From Paraspadella gotoi (taxonomy: Eukaryota > Animalia > Chaetognatha): a stretch of DNA of 64,000 nucleotides. Shown in pieces: positions 12,701 to 24,369 of this stretch. The stretch spans positions 7,213,814 through 7,277,813 of the forward strand of contig CM119264.1 of NCBI GenBank assembly GCA_051294375.1, read 5' to 3'. Below the pieces are notes generated by a model that saw only the letters and a list, made by a program, of their open reading frames with translations, ran no database searches and was not told the DNA's origin. The position numbers were made by a program, and so were the translations under genes. Numbering within the stretch: position 1 is the first letter of the stretch; every line of letters starts with the position of its first letter.

Positions 12701-13357
12701 CAGGGGAGACGACCACGAACTCTTTGCTCGTTTGGCGACGCCTAGGGCGACGAGCTTCTCGAGCTCAGCTTTCGCGACTGCGAGTTTTTCCGGAGGCAGT
12801 CGGCGAGCCCTTGCTTGGCAGGGCCTCCCGAAGGTCGGGATGTGGTGCCTGACTCCGTGCTTGGGCGCCTTGATCTCGAAGGTTGGTGTCGCGAGCGTTG
12901 GATATTGGTCGAGGAGTTGGTAATAAACGTTGTCAGACTCCTCAATCAGATTGACGTGAGATGGTGGAGAAACTTCTGAGACGTCACACGAGATGGTGGA
13001 GAGGTCCCTGAGGTCGATGAGGGTGCCGTCCCTATGATTCGGAGCGAGATAAAATTCGGCCAGAAAGTCGGCCCCCAGTATACTCTGGGTTACGTCGGCC
13101 GCGATAAAATCAAATGAGAATAATCTAGTGCCGAGGACAACTCGGCGGCGGACAACGCCGTACGAATTGATGGGTGTGCCATTGGCCGCCTGGAGTTTAG
13201 GTCCGGTCGGGCCTTTGACTCGCTGAGCGGCAGTCGGAGGAACTAAGGAAACGAGGGCGCCGCCGTCGACGAGCCATTTGCGGCCGTCGGTGGCGTCCTT
13301 AACATACAGTAGAAAATTGTCCGGTGAATCTTTGTCATCGCGGGGCACAGCGTTCAC
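9785..13357 (-). CDS. pol: Pol polyprotein (aspartic protease, reverse transcriptase, RNase H, integrase), probably made as a Gag-Pol fusion
   Basis: 1190-codon uninterrupted ORF. Protease LVDGGA; RT SKIDLLKGYHQIP, TPFGLKNAG, YLDD; RNase H TDASDIAVGAVL; integrase zinc finger HGLGH...CLPC, core TDRGAQF and YHPQSNGLVERFH; GPY/F module KLTAPYHGPY. Confidence 0.97.
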   Translation of the reverse strand: MNAVPRDDKDSPDNFLLYVKDATDGRKWLVDGGALVSLVPPTAAQRVKGPTGPKLQAANGTPINSYGVVRRRVVLGTRLFSFDFIAADVTQSILGADFLAEFYLAPNHRDGTLIDLRDLSTISCDVSEVSPPSHVNLIEESDNVYYQLLDQYPTLATPTFEIKAPKHGVRHHIPTFGRPCQARARRLPPEKLAVAKAELEKLVALGVAKRAKSSWSSPLLCVPKADGGWRCCGDFRRLNANTKDDKYPVKLLADFNAELAGKKVFSKIDLLKGYHQIPVAEEDIPKTAVITPFGLFVFLRTPFGLKNAGQDFQRMMDEILGDVPHTYVYLDDILVASVDQEEHLKDLKAVFDSLADNGLVINRKKCILGQPSLEFLGYLVDATGVKPLPQKVEAIRATNPPTTVKELQRFLGMVNYYRRFIPNAAHHAAALYDILAGKPKQLNWSADCSRSFDAIKEALANAALLRHPRTNAQLALTTDASDIAVGAVLEQRTPQGWEPLAFFSAKLDETQRRWPPFDRELYGAFRAVRHFRHWLEGRAFTLYTDHQSLIHALHKRAEPQTTRHNFQLSVISEFTTDIRHIRGKANVVADALSRPNPAPIAAIDRPVPTEKSEDLQATINAIGQEGIDLEEMARHQALDRDFQRLSNDARTGLQFRKISIGDQKLVVDISNGPARPFVPESWRKRIFDAVHGLGHPGIARTRETIASKFVWPSLKADATRWARECLPCQRAKITRHVTPHIGEFEVPSKRFHHLNIDITLMPTSNGFSSLLTIVDRFSRWPAAIPMKDMSTESVVDAVAHGWIAQFGIPSAITTDRGAQFSSAIWTQLTQAWGIKHQQTAAYHPQSNGLVERFHRRLKEALVALGDNEPHKWFWRLPSALLAIRTTIKPDIGASPADLVYGEGLAVPGDILPPPLGDDQLQNQRRRLRDNLRVEVERLQPTETSTHRTPRLYLPETLSDATHVFIQRSGVHPKLTAPYHGPYRVISRDNLNFKVEIPGRGVETIAIARIKPATLWRDEDGEERASQPSPPPSPPRPGRRPGPRTRHPPPTSRQTRSMTRRQQQIQARQNPQADAHNLDIPQSHPDVASVAFPPLAPLNDATPTSGMRNDVNKETHAQPRENEAPSFTSDAPPISPTPCPAPAPSEETRTQPRPLIERFTRPQPSNFSYKTISSTSRPSYNAVLRRLLDLE

Positions 13358-13384
13358 CTGCGCTGTCCCGCGGCGTCGTTTCCC
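13339..13384 (-). promoter_or_regulatory. Programmed -1 ribosomal frameshift signal (slippery heptamer plus stem-loop)
   Basis: G GGA AAC at 13384-13378 lies in the gag frame. Five nt downstream is the hairpin CGCGGG-ACAGCG / CGCTGT-(GC)-CCCGCG at 13372-13339. Pol is in the -1 frame relative to gag. Confidence 0.85.
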
Positions 13385-14499
13385 GCTGACGCTCCTTTTC
13401 GATCTCGGCGTTCACCTTTCCGCGCGCAACCAGGTTCGCAGCGAAACGCAGCATCGCCGAACTTTAGATGCCATCTGCATATTTGCTTGAGGCGCGCGCC
13501 TGGAGGTCGGGTGCCAGTCGACGGCCCGCTTGGTGCGCTACTGCGCCAGTTGTTCGATTGCGGTCGCTTTTTGTCGCGGCGCTGACTCTGGACGGCGCTT
13601 ACATCGGCGTCGTTCTCGCCGTCGGATTCGCTGGTGACGATGTCGAAGTTCTTGATGGCGGTGGCGGCGTTTATCGTCGAAGACGGCGCCGCGAGAGTTG
13701 GCCTGCCTTCCGAATCAAAAAATTTGTCGGCGGCTTCCGCCAACTGCGCCGCCGTCCATTCGTCGGCCTTATCCTCCAAGGATCGGCGTATCTCGATGGG
13801 GAGACCTCTGATAACGGTCTCTTTCTTGATGTCGTCTATGGTGACCGATTTGATCTTTTCTTCCATCCTGGCAAGATGCTGAGATGGTCGTAAGTCGTCT
13901 CTGGCGATGCCGTCGAGGAGTAGGGCGGCTTGCTGGCGGCGAGTGGTCCCGTACTCCTTTTGGAGGTAAGCAATGAAGTTCGTCCAATTTGCCTCTGACG
14001 GCTCGCCGTACAAAAACGCGTTGATGCGTGGATTGGCGTCCACGCTAATTTTGGACTCCAGATGTGCAAATTTCTCCTTCGCCTCTTTAATGTTGGCGCG
14101 GACGAAGGCAGCTTCGACTCGACGAATCCAAATATCAATGTTTTTCGAGTCGAATGCTGGAAGCTCCGGTTTTTTCTTTTTCTCCAGAGCTTTAAGTGCC
14201 GTGGCCAAGGCTGCGCGAAGCGCCTCGGTCTCGTCGACGCTGGAGGCGGTCGCCATGGCGCTGGGGAGAGCGAAGGGTGACGTGCGAGCGGCGAGGGCTC
14301 TGAAGTTTGGTGACGTAGGCGGAAAGGCAAAAAACCTGTTGCCTGGTGACGTCGGTGGAAAAAGGAAAGCTGGCGCGCCTGGGTTGATGCCTGGTGACGT
14401 TTCTCGGGATGCGCGGCCTCGACCGGCGCTCTTGGGGACCGTTAAAGCGGATTGTTGGCGCAGGCGGGAGGACTGGCGAGTCTCTCGAGATTCGCTCAT
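13354..14499 (-). CDS. gag: Gag protein with CHCC zinc knuckle
   Basis: 381-codon ORF with LPAF..NIDIWIRRVEAAF and LRPSQHL segments. C-terminal CRWHLKFGDAAFRCEPGC fits C-x2-H-x9-C-x3-C, typical of CsRn1-clade Gag. An alternative in-frame start in a strong Kozak context (GCCATGG) lies at 14256. Confidence 0.92.
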   Translation of the reverse strand: MSESRETRQSSRLRQQSALTVPKSAGRGRASRETSPGINPGAPAFLFPPTSPGNRFFAFPPTSPNFRALAARTSPFALPSAMATASSVDETEALRAALATALKALEKKKKPELPAFDSKNIDIWIRRVEAAFVRANIKEAKEKFAHLESKISVDANPRINAFLYGEPSEANWTNFIAYLQKEYGTTRRQQAALLLDGIARDDLRPSQHLARMEEKIKSVTIDDIKKETVIRGLPIEIRRSLEDKADEWTAAQLAEAADKFFDSEGRPTLAAPSSTINAATAIKNFDIVTSESDGENDADVSAVQSQRRDKKRPQSNNWRSSAPSGPSTGTRPPGARLKQICRWHLKFGDAAFRCEPGCARKGERRDRKGASAGNDAAGQRR

Positions 14500-16372
14500 T
14501 GATAGTTGTAGATAGATTCGTTCAGAAGGTTGGAAATAAATTCGACGTTGGGATCATCAATGTAGATATGGCGAAAAGTAATGCACTTTGACGCCAATCC
14601 TAAGGTACGCGTTTTCGACGAGCAACTGGAGGTATTAGAGGCGCTCCGAAGGGTCGCAGCTGGAAGCGGGAGACTCTGGGGACGTCTGACCGTAAGCTTA
14701 CGCCCAATTTGCCCGGCGTGTGCGTAAGGAATCGGGAGGCGAAAGCTGTCCGACGAGTTTAAATAAATGGATGAGTTCCTCCTAGAGTTGCTTATTTGTA
14801 AACGTTCAGAAACCAACTTATTTGGTTATTAGCATAAAAGAAAGAACCTTATAAAGATAATCAAGCATATAGATATTCCATCTCTTTTGCCATCAGCAAT
14901 GTAGAAGTATCTATATGAAATACCAATAATGGCATTAATTAATTGCGAATTAATTCATAACAATCAATAATAATGAAAATAGTTGAAAACGTTGTGAGAC
15001 TACTCATAGCGGTAAACATTGCTGAGTAGTTTTATGGCAACTTCTATAGTTTGGTACATAAGATTTAGAGCTAAGATGGAAGGATTATCAACTAGAGGAA
15101 TCAGCTATAAAATCGAATTTGCAGTCGGGTTGCTCATTTGTTTATGAAAACAAAAGATAAAGATTCAAATCCCACAGGAACCCAACACGGAGAGACAGTT
15201 CGGCTTTCATCAACTGTAAAGGCTGTCTTAGCCCTACGTGGGGGTCGTGCTTCTCTCCGTGCCTGCCTGCCGCGTCTTGCTCACAACGTAAAGAGCACTG
15301 ACGTACGCGTCCCTCGTCGTCTTCGCGGACAGTGGGCGCGCGGCCTCGGCCGCGACATCTGCTCGTCGAGTCTCTTACGGCCGGGCCGCCGTCTTGAGGG
15401 AAGAAGAGCCGCGTCGACGCCTGAATGGGGGCGACGCTGGGCCGTGGTCGACAAGGTCACAAGACCCCTCTGTGGTCTCTCGATGGTGAGGACCATCAAG
15501 TCCTAGCAGTGGGTCAAAGTCTGAGCCTTCGGCCTGCCACAAAGTGTGTCCGGCAAGTCTAGTCTGCGATCGTCGAGTCCTATGTGCTCTCCTGTGGGTC
15601 CCTGGCACCATCAAAATGCACTGGTTCTGAAACGGTGACCAAAAGGTGCTTGACGTAACGTAAGCGGCTCTGTCTCTCTCGTGAAAAGCCGTTTGTGAAC
15701 GGGTAGAAAGTCTATGAGTTTATCTACTGAGGCCTATATATATCTAAAGGAGAAGACAAGTGGAGAAAATCTCCAACAGTAAATGGCAGAAAACGCAAAT
15801 TGAAGAAATGAATGTAAATGAAGAGAATAAACCATGCCAATCTCTCTACAACACAATAACATAGTTCTTTCCTTGGGGACAGTGATTTCATCCTCTCTAA
15901 ACTGACTTCAATCACTATTCACTTTCTCAAAGTTCCTCCGCCGCAGGATTTTCCTATTTATTTTCTCTCTTTCACTTTTATTAAAGGAGAATTCGTCGAG
16001 GATTAAGGTTGGAAATCTTTCCCGCGAGTCTCCTTCGTAAATATCGGAGAGGATGGAGAGGTGAGGAGAGGATCNNNNNNNNNNNNNNNNNNNNNNNNNN
16101 NNNNNNNNNNNNNNNNNNNNNNNNNNNNNNNNNNNNNNNNNNNNNNNNNNNNNNNNNNNNNNNNNNNNNNNNNNATTTTTATTTCCTTGCCCTTTTCCCT
16201 TTCCATTCCATTTTCCTCCGATTTTTCGCTCTTTTTCTTCCTCATTTTTTTTCTTTTTCCTCAACTTTTTTTTCTTTTTCCTTCATGACTTTTTCCGTTT
16301 TCTGTCAGTTCATCTCACTTCTCAGAAAAAGAAAAAAAAACTTGTTTGCCGCAGTTTCCGTTTGCCTCTTTT

Positions 16373-16443
<71 letters not shown>

Positions 16444-16560
16444 AACATTATTTCTTTTTAACTATCTTTTCAACTTTCTTTCTTTTTTTTTATTCTTCTT
16501 TTCTCTTTTTATATGTTTTCTCTTTTCTCTCTTTGATTCATTTCTTTCTTTTTTCATTTT

Positions 16561-16608
<48 letters not shown>

Positions 16609-19600
16609 TTTTCCTTTCTTTCTATCTTCCTCACTTTCTTCTCTTTCTCTCCTTGTTTTTTTGGCTGGTCGCGTTCTAGATTGATTTATCATCAGATGAT
16701 AAAACTGATTTATCGTCAGATGATCAACAAAAATCTATCTTTGCTCCATTAATCTTTCTTTTTTTTCGCCTTCTTTCTACTTGCGCTTCTTTCTCGTCTT
16801 CTATTTTTATCCCCCGTCTTCTGTCTTCAACTTCTTCACTTAATTCTTCATATCTTCTATTATATTTCCTATCTTCCTTCTTATTTCGTCTCTTCTCGTG
16901 TCCCATCATCCCTTCTTAATCTCTCGCTCATCTCAGGATTCTTCATCTTCCTTCCTTCAACTTCTTCCTCTTAATTTTTCATCTTCCACCTTCTCCTCAT
17001 CGCTCTTCCTCCACCCTGGGTCTTCCACTGGGTTTCGCTAATTCGTCTCCTAATTTACCACGAAGATTCTTCTCCCCCATTAGTCTTCCTCCCCGACTTT
17101 ACTTTTTTCTTCCACGTGTTTTTGTTGCCGGTTTTCCCTCTTTCCTTTCCCCCCCCAGATTTTTAACTTTATTTTACTACTATATTTTTTCGCATCTGTT
17201 GTTGTGCCTCTCTTACTTTTTCTCGCGATATTTACCAAATTACTTTTTCACCATGTCCCTCGTGTTTTGCGTCGACCTTAAATTTTGAATGTATTAAATG
17301 CTTTTTTATTATTAATATTTAAATTTATTCAAATTTTTATTTTCATTTTTTAAGGGTTTCCTTCTGTTTTTTTTTAACTACATTTGTAAATCTCGTTCGA
17401 GTACTCAACCATAAATCATATATATTACGTAAGTACGGAAATACGGACATTCAACTGACTTAAAATTCCCCGGCCTCCATAAAATTGTTGTACGACGAAT
17501 ACAATATATGTTCTCATCTCTTCCTCTCTTTCTCTCCGTTAGTCCCAAGTTCTCTTCTCTTTACATCTGCTTCTTCTTTATATCTTTTCTTTTCTCTTTC
17601 TTCTTTTCCTCCCTTCTTTTTTTTTTTTCTTTTCACAACTTTTCGATCTTTTCTCTTTCAACTTTCTCCGACTCGTTTTATTCTCGCTTTCCACTCAACT
17701 CTCTCTCGTCGTCATTTTTTTTTCCACCCATTCGGTAATTTTCCTTTTCCTTTTTTTTTTCCTTAGTCCTTTTTATTTTCAACCCCATTTTCTCTTTCTT
17801 CTTCCTCTTCCTTCCTTTGATCCCTAATCTTTTTCGGTCTTGCTCCTTCCTTTTCCTCCTTCCTCCTTTTTCCTTCCTCCTTCCTCCTTTTTCCTTCCTC
17901 CTTCCTCCTTTCATCTCCTCTTCCTCCTCCGTCGCTCTTCTCGTAATTTTCTTCCGTTGCTCATTTGTCATTTTTTTTTCAGCCCAGAGTCGGAACTAGG
18001 GTCGTCGCCGTAGTATTCGTCCTGAATGATCATCGTCGTCATCATCATCATCATCATCATCATNNNNNNNNNNNNNNNNNNNNNNNNNNNNNNNNNNNNN
18101 NNNNNNNNNNNNNNNNNNNNNNNNNNNNNNNNNNNNNNNNNNNNNNNNNNNNNNNNNNNNNNNNNNNNNNNNNNNNNNNNNNNNNNNNNNNNNNNNNNNN
18201 NNNNNNNNNNNNNNNNNNNNNNNNNNNNNNNNNNNNNNNNNNNNNNNNNNNNNNNNNNNNNNNNNNNNNNNNNNNNNNNNNNNNNNNNNNNNNNNNCTTC
18301 ATTGTCGACGTTTGCCTTTCTTGCCTTAATTGTCCAAGTTGTTGTTGTCCTCCCGTCATTACTATTGACGTCGGCGTTGATGTCATAGTTATTCTCTTTT
18401 TTTTACTTNNNNNNNNNNNNNNNNNNNNNNNNNNNNNNNNNNNNNNNNNNNNNNNNNNNNNNNNNNNNNNNNNNNNNNNNNNNNNNNNNNNNNNNNNNNN
18501 NNNNNNNNNNNNNNNNNNNNNNNNNNNNNNNNNNNNNNNNNNNNNNNNNNNNNNNNNNNNNNNNNNNNNNNNNNNNNNNNNNNNNNNNNNNNNNNNNNNN
18601 NNNNNNNNNNNNNNNNNNNNNNNNNNNNNNNNNNNNNNNNNNNNNNNNNNNNNNNNNNNNNNNNNNNNNNNNNNNNNNNNNNNNNNNNNNNNNNNNNNNN
18701 NNNNNNNNNNNNNNNNNNNNNNNNNNNNNNNNNNNNNNNNNNNNNNNNNNNNNNNNNNNNNNNNNNNNNNNNNNNNNNNNNNNNNNNNNNNNNNNNNNNN
18801 NNNNNNNNNNNNNNNNNNNNNNNNNNNNNNNNNNNNNNNNNNNNNNNNNNNNNNNNNNNNNNNNNNNNNNNNNNNNNNNNNNNNNNNNNNNNNNNNNNNN
18901 NNNNNNNNNNNNNNNNNNNNNNNNNNNNNNNNNNNNNNNNNNNNNNNNNNNNNNNNNNNNNNNNNNNNNNNNNTGACTCTTCCTCCATTTGCTTAAAACG
19001 CCAAGCACAAACGAGGACGTATCATGAACCGTTAAATGCTCGAATGCTTTTTTTGTTCGCGCAATCGTTTCGTCGACGCATCAACAACGTCGTTGATTTT
19101 CCTTGCAATGGTCTTCCTAGATTTGTGAGGCTTTTGATACACCCTACTTTTAAAACTGGAAAACGGAGGTTTAGTAGAATTACGTAAGTAAAGAAGGAAA
19201 AGGAAATGAATCTCACGGGATACTATGACAACATTAGAAGTGGGATGGAAGTAGAGATGGCAAACAAGAGATGGCAAAGAACTGCAACAGCTACAAAAGA
19301 GAAGAAATTCGTGACGATTTTCGAGCCAAAGGCAAAAGAAAAAAAACGCGGAAGATTATTATAAAAAAATTTGCCAAAAAAATCGCTAAAAATTGTGAGA
19401 TTAGAAGAAAGAAAAAAAAGGGAAAAAAAGTGAATGGCTAAGTTGTGAGGACCGGACGTAAGTGTTTGGGTCACGAGTTGTGTTTTGGGTGACGAGAAAA
19501 GAAAAAAAGAAAAAAAGAAAAAAAAGGGTAAAATAGCGAAAAAAAGCGAAAAAAAAAGCGGAAAAGCGAAAAGGGGAAAACCGATTATCTCTTTTTGGAG

Positions 19601-20664
19601 AGCGAGAAAAAAAACGGAGGCCCAGTTGTAATGGGTCTCGATTCGTTGAATAACTTATTCGTTATAGAGGATATAAATCAATTTTTAGGTTTTGAACGAA
19701 AAAGAAATTCCGAAGTGAACCTTTTTAGGTTTGGATTTTCGTGAAATATATATATATTTTGTTTGTAAAGATATATAATTATAAGAAGCTAACTACCTAG
19801 TACAACTGTTTTACATTTTAACTCTGAATTGTTCAATGCTTGAATAAATTGGTATCAGCGATTCATAATTAATTTAATTATATGCCAATATATGCCCCCG
19901 AGGTTGAACTACGAAGTGTAGCGTGCAGTGTGCAGTGTGCAATTTGTATTCTTACATTTTTATCTTTTGGGTTTTTTTCTTTTTTCTTCTACTTTTTCCT
20001 CTTTTTCTTTACCTTCTCTTTTTTTTCTTTCCCTTCTCTTTTCTTTCTTTTCCCCTTCTCTTTTTTATTCTTCCCTTCTCTTTTCTTTTCTTTCCCCTCT
20101 CTTTTCTTTTCTTTTCTTTCCTTTCTCTTTTCTTTTCTTTCCCCTATCTTTTTTTTCTTTCCCCTTCTCTTTTCTTTTCTTTCCTATCTCTTTTCCTTTC
20201 TTTCCCCTCTCTTTTCTTTTCTTTCCCTTATCTTTTCTTTTCTTCTTTGCGCGTGCGGCTGATCCTGTCTCTCTTCTCCCTCGTCCAAAGTCGTCACGTC
20301 CGCGACAAAAATCCTGAAGGCGCGAGTTGGGCAACAACATCACCATCAACATCACCATCAACAACAACAACAACAACGACGACGACAAAAACAATTTTAG
20401 TAATTGTTATATGAACAAAAACAGACTTTAAAGTTATTTATTTCTTTGTAATTTAATAAGGAAATATAATATATAAAAAACAATAACAACGACGCAAAAA
20501 AAAACTATTTTTTCTTGGATAAATGGCTTCTCTTCTACAAGCGCCTGAAGCCTTGCAAGCAACCAAGCTGCGAGGGGCAATCGCGCTTCTCCTTTCCATA
20601 ATGCCGCCGTCCAACAGGATAAACGCTATATATCGTCGTAAAATCCTCCTCTCTCTCTCTCATG

Positions 20665-21056
20665 GATGAATGAATGAATGAATCAGTAAAAGCTAAAAGA
20701 GATTTCACCGTGCGAAAATAATCATTGAAGTTCCTAATGATTATTTATTTATTTATTCTCATGATTATTTTCGCCAGGGTTGACTATGGGCATGTTATCC
20801 AAAAAAATATAAATAAATCTTAACGGGCGGTCTAGATACAGTAAAATATCAGTGGATAATTAACCTAAAAACATTTAAAAATTTCCGTCTTTTTTCTTCT
20901 CTATTTCTTTCCATCCACGTGTCTCACTCCTAATATCTCTGGCCTTTTTTTCGTCCTCAGTAACAGATTGTCCGAATTTCCTTCCCTCGAAGACCAACAG
21001 GGAAAAGAGGGCAGAAACACGATGGACATCGGACCTCTCTCTTCTCTCTCTCTCAC

Positions 21057-21087
<31 letters not shown>

Positions 21088-21931
21088 CTCCGCGAACGGG
21101 GAGAAAGAGTAAAAGGTAATTATGGCAGAGGATTGATGGCGGATGGCAGGAAGAAAGGGTTGGGGCACGTTACTTTGCAAAGGAAAAAAGATCTTTGCCA
21201 AGAAGCGAGTAAATCACCAAAGAAAAAGACGAGTTGGGTTAAAATGGAAGATTTCCTTGTAGAAACTGAAGGAGAAAATTAAAAGGAAGAAGAGAAGAAA
21301 AGAAGAGAAAAAAAAAAAAGAAAAGAGAAAAAGAAGAGAAGAGAAGAGAAAAGAAAAAAGAAAAAAAAAAAAAGGAAAGAGAAGAAAAGAAAAAAAATAA
21401 AAAAAATGTTTATCTTTTATTTGAAAAAATATAATTGAATAAAGTGTATCACGGTTTGGCGCTAATTTTTGATCATTAAAATTCACCGTTGATAAATAAT
21501 CTTAAAATAATTATTCTTGTTGCCATTGATAGAAAAAGGGGAAAAATAACAAATTAGGGAGAACATTAACTCTCCTCGAAGGGAAAGAAGGGATGGTTAC
21601 AATCACAATTAATAAACACAATTAATACTCACAATTAAAAGCTTATATTTTTTTTTGCGATAATTAAACTTTCCAAGAACACAAAACAATTTTACATAAA
21701 TAAAAAAGAATAAACAGAAAATCATCAGTCGAATATAAAATGCGTTTCCGATTTTCTCCTTGTAAATCGTTGCGGCCTGCGGCGGCGGGGGCGGCGGCGG
21801 CGGCGGCGGCAGAGGCCGATGGCGATGTAGCCTTTCTTCGGGGAAGAGTGTTTAACCTTGAGATAGATTGGTCAAGGGAAGAGAGAGATTAATTCTCCAG
21901 ACGGTAGGGGGCGGGGAGGAGAGAGAAGAGA

Positions 21932-21980
<49 letters not shown>

Positions 21981-23205
21981 NNNNNNNNNNNNNNNNNNNN
22001 NNNNNGCCGCAGCCGCAACCGATTTACAAAGGAGAAAATCGGAAACGCATTTTATATTCGACTGATGATTTTCTGTTTATTCTTTTATTTATTGTAAAAT
22101 TGTTTGTGTTCTTGGAAAAGTTTAATTATCGCAAAAAAAATATAAGCTTTTAATTGTGAGTATTAATTGTGTTTATTAATTGTGATTGTAACCATCCCCT
22201 TCTTTCCCTTCGAGGAGAGTTAATGTTCTCCCTAATTTGTTATTTTTTCCCCTTTTTCTATCAATGGCAACAAGAATAATTATTTTAAGATTATTTATCA
22301 ACGGTGAATTTTAATGATCAAAAATTAAGCGCCAAAACCGTGATACACTTTATTCAATTATATTTTTTCAAATAAAAGATAAAACATTTTTCTTTTATTT
22401 TTTTTTCTTTTCTTCTCTTTCCTTTTTTTCTTTTTTCTTCTCTTCTCTTCTCTTCTTTTCTCTTTTCTTTTTTTCTCTTCTTTTCTTCTCTTCTCCTTTT
22501 AATTTTCTCCTTCAGTTTCTACAAGGAAATCTTCCCTTTTACCCAACTCGTCTTTTTCTTTGGTGATTTACTCGCTTCTTGGCAAAGATCTTTTTTCCTT
22601 TGCAAAGTAACGTGCCCCAACCCTTTCTTCCTGCCATCCGCCATCAATCCTCTGCCATAACTTACCTTTTACTCTTTCTCCCCGTTCGCGNNNNNNNNNN
22701 NNNNNNNNNNNNNNNNNNNNNNNNNNNNNNNNNNNNNNNNNNNNNNNNNNNNNNNNNNNNNNNNNNNNNNNNNNNNNNNNNNNNNNNNNNNNNNNNNNNN
22801 NNNNNNNNNNNNNNNNNNNNNNNNNNNNNNNNNNNNNNNNNNNNNNNNNNNNNNNNNNNNNNNNNNNNNNNNNNNNNNNNNNNNNNNNNNNNNNNNNNNN
22901 NNNNNNNNNNNNNNNNNNNNNNNNNNNNNNNNNNNNNNNNNNNNNNNNNNNNNNNNNNNNNNNNNNNNNNNNNNNNNNNNNNNNNNNNNNNNNNNNNNNN
23001 NNNNNNNNNNNNNNNNNNNNNNNNNNNNNNNNNNNNNNGTTAAGATTTTATTTATATTTTTTGGGATAACTGCCATAGTCACCCTGGCGAAAATAATCAT
23101 TGAGAATAAATAAATAAATAATCATAGAGACTCAATGATTATTTTCGCCACGGTGAAACTCTCTTTTAGCTTTTAGCTTGCATTCATTCATTCATTCATT
23201 CATCC
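20665..23205. repeat. Inverted duplication, arms ~20665-21785 and ~22006-23205; probable assembly artefact
   Basis: Arms are reverse complements differing mainly by small indels. A (GA)n tract and a 25-N gap (21981-22005) sit between them. Confidence 0.85.
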
Positions 23206-23207
23206 AT

Positions 23208-23299
<92 letters not shown>

Positions 23300-23300
23300 T
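23208..23300. repeat. (CTTT)n microsatellite
   Basis: Perfect tetranucleotide run; similar runs at about 16370-16440 and 27225-27320. Confidence 0.95.
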
Positions 23301-23774
23301 CCTTCTTAATGAGTGAGAATATCTTTATTCCGGTTCGTTGGTTTAAAACACTTGGAAGACCTTGTAACTCGAATTAGCTTCGGTCGTCGTCGTCGTCATA
23401 ATCCTCGTTGTCTAAGTTCGTCGTCGATCTAATCTCACTTATGTACATTTCCCCTTGTCATAACCACATTCTGTTATGTATTAAGGTTTTTTTAAGATAG
23501 TAACTTCGTTAAACCTCAGGCTGATATAAACTTTTTATCTTCCAAATTTTCTTAAAGAAAATATTACGCGAAATCCGCCTATTGTCAGAATATTAAAGTA
23601 TTATTACAAAATCTCGACACTATTTTTAAGCCGGAGTCCGAACTTGTTCCTCGATTTGCTGAATTCAAACATAAAATCAATAATTTATTTTTTATATTGT
23701 CATCCATCATCCATATTGCCTCGCTCTCAATTATCCGAATCGCAGGCAGAAACATCTGTACCGCCAAATTCTTT

Positions 23775-24338
23775 TTTATTTGCTCGCATATATTAAACTG
23801 CGACCTTTTCCTTTTTCTTGTACATGTAATCATGGCACAATAATATGTGTAACAATATCTCTTATTTTCTTATCTTCGTTGCCNNNNNNNNNNNNNNNNN
23901 NNNNNNNNNNNNNNNNNNNNNNNNNNNNNNNNNNNNNNNNNNNNNNNNNNNNNNNNNNNNNNNNNNNNNNNNNNNNNNNNNNNNNNNNNNNNNNNNNNNN
24001 NNNNNNNNNNNNNNNNNNNNNNNNNNNNNNNNNNNNNNNNNNNNNNNNNNNNNNNNNNNNNNNNNNNNNNNNNNNNNNNNNNNNNNNNNNNNNNNNNNNN
24101 NNNNNNNNNNNNNNNNNNNNNNNNNNNNNNNNNNNNNNNNNNNNNNNNNNCGTCGTCGTCTGCTTCTACGGCCATGAATTCAAAATCAGGTCATTTTTTT
24201 AAAAATTTCTCTTCAAATATTCATCCAGTTGGAGGAGGAAAATTGGCAATTGGTTTCGCGGGTCCACTTTTGCCTCGAGTGGGGAATGAATTTTCAATGA
24301 TTTTTTTTNNNNNNNNNNNNNNNNNNNNNNNNNAAGAG

Positions 24339-24369
<31 letters not shown>

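Larger units (their letters stand above)
9630..15780 (-). mobile_element. Ty3/Gypsy LTR retrotransposon, CsRn1-like clade; ends uncertain
   Basis: GC-rich block with gag and pol in PR-RT-RH-IN order and a CHCC Gag knuckle. The 3' side runs into the gap at 9620-9629. A possible 5' LTR at about 15648-15778 (TGTTGG start, TATATATAG) has no matching second copy. Confidence 0.9.

Noticed and set aside
13245-13275. Protease motif DGG instead of D[ST]G read as an inactivating change
   Set aside because: DGG variants occur in other Gypsy proteases and the rest of pol is intact; not evidence of decay on its own.
9844-14591. Many short ORFs overlapping gag and pol on both strands
   Set aside because: Shadow frames of GC-rich retroelement coding sequence.
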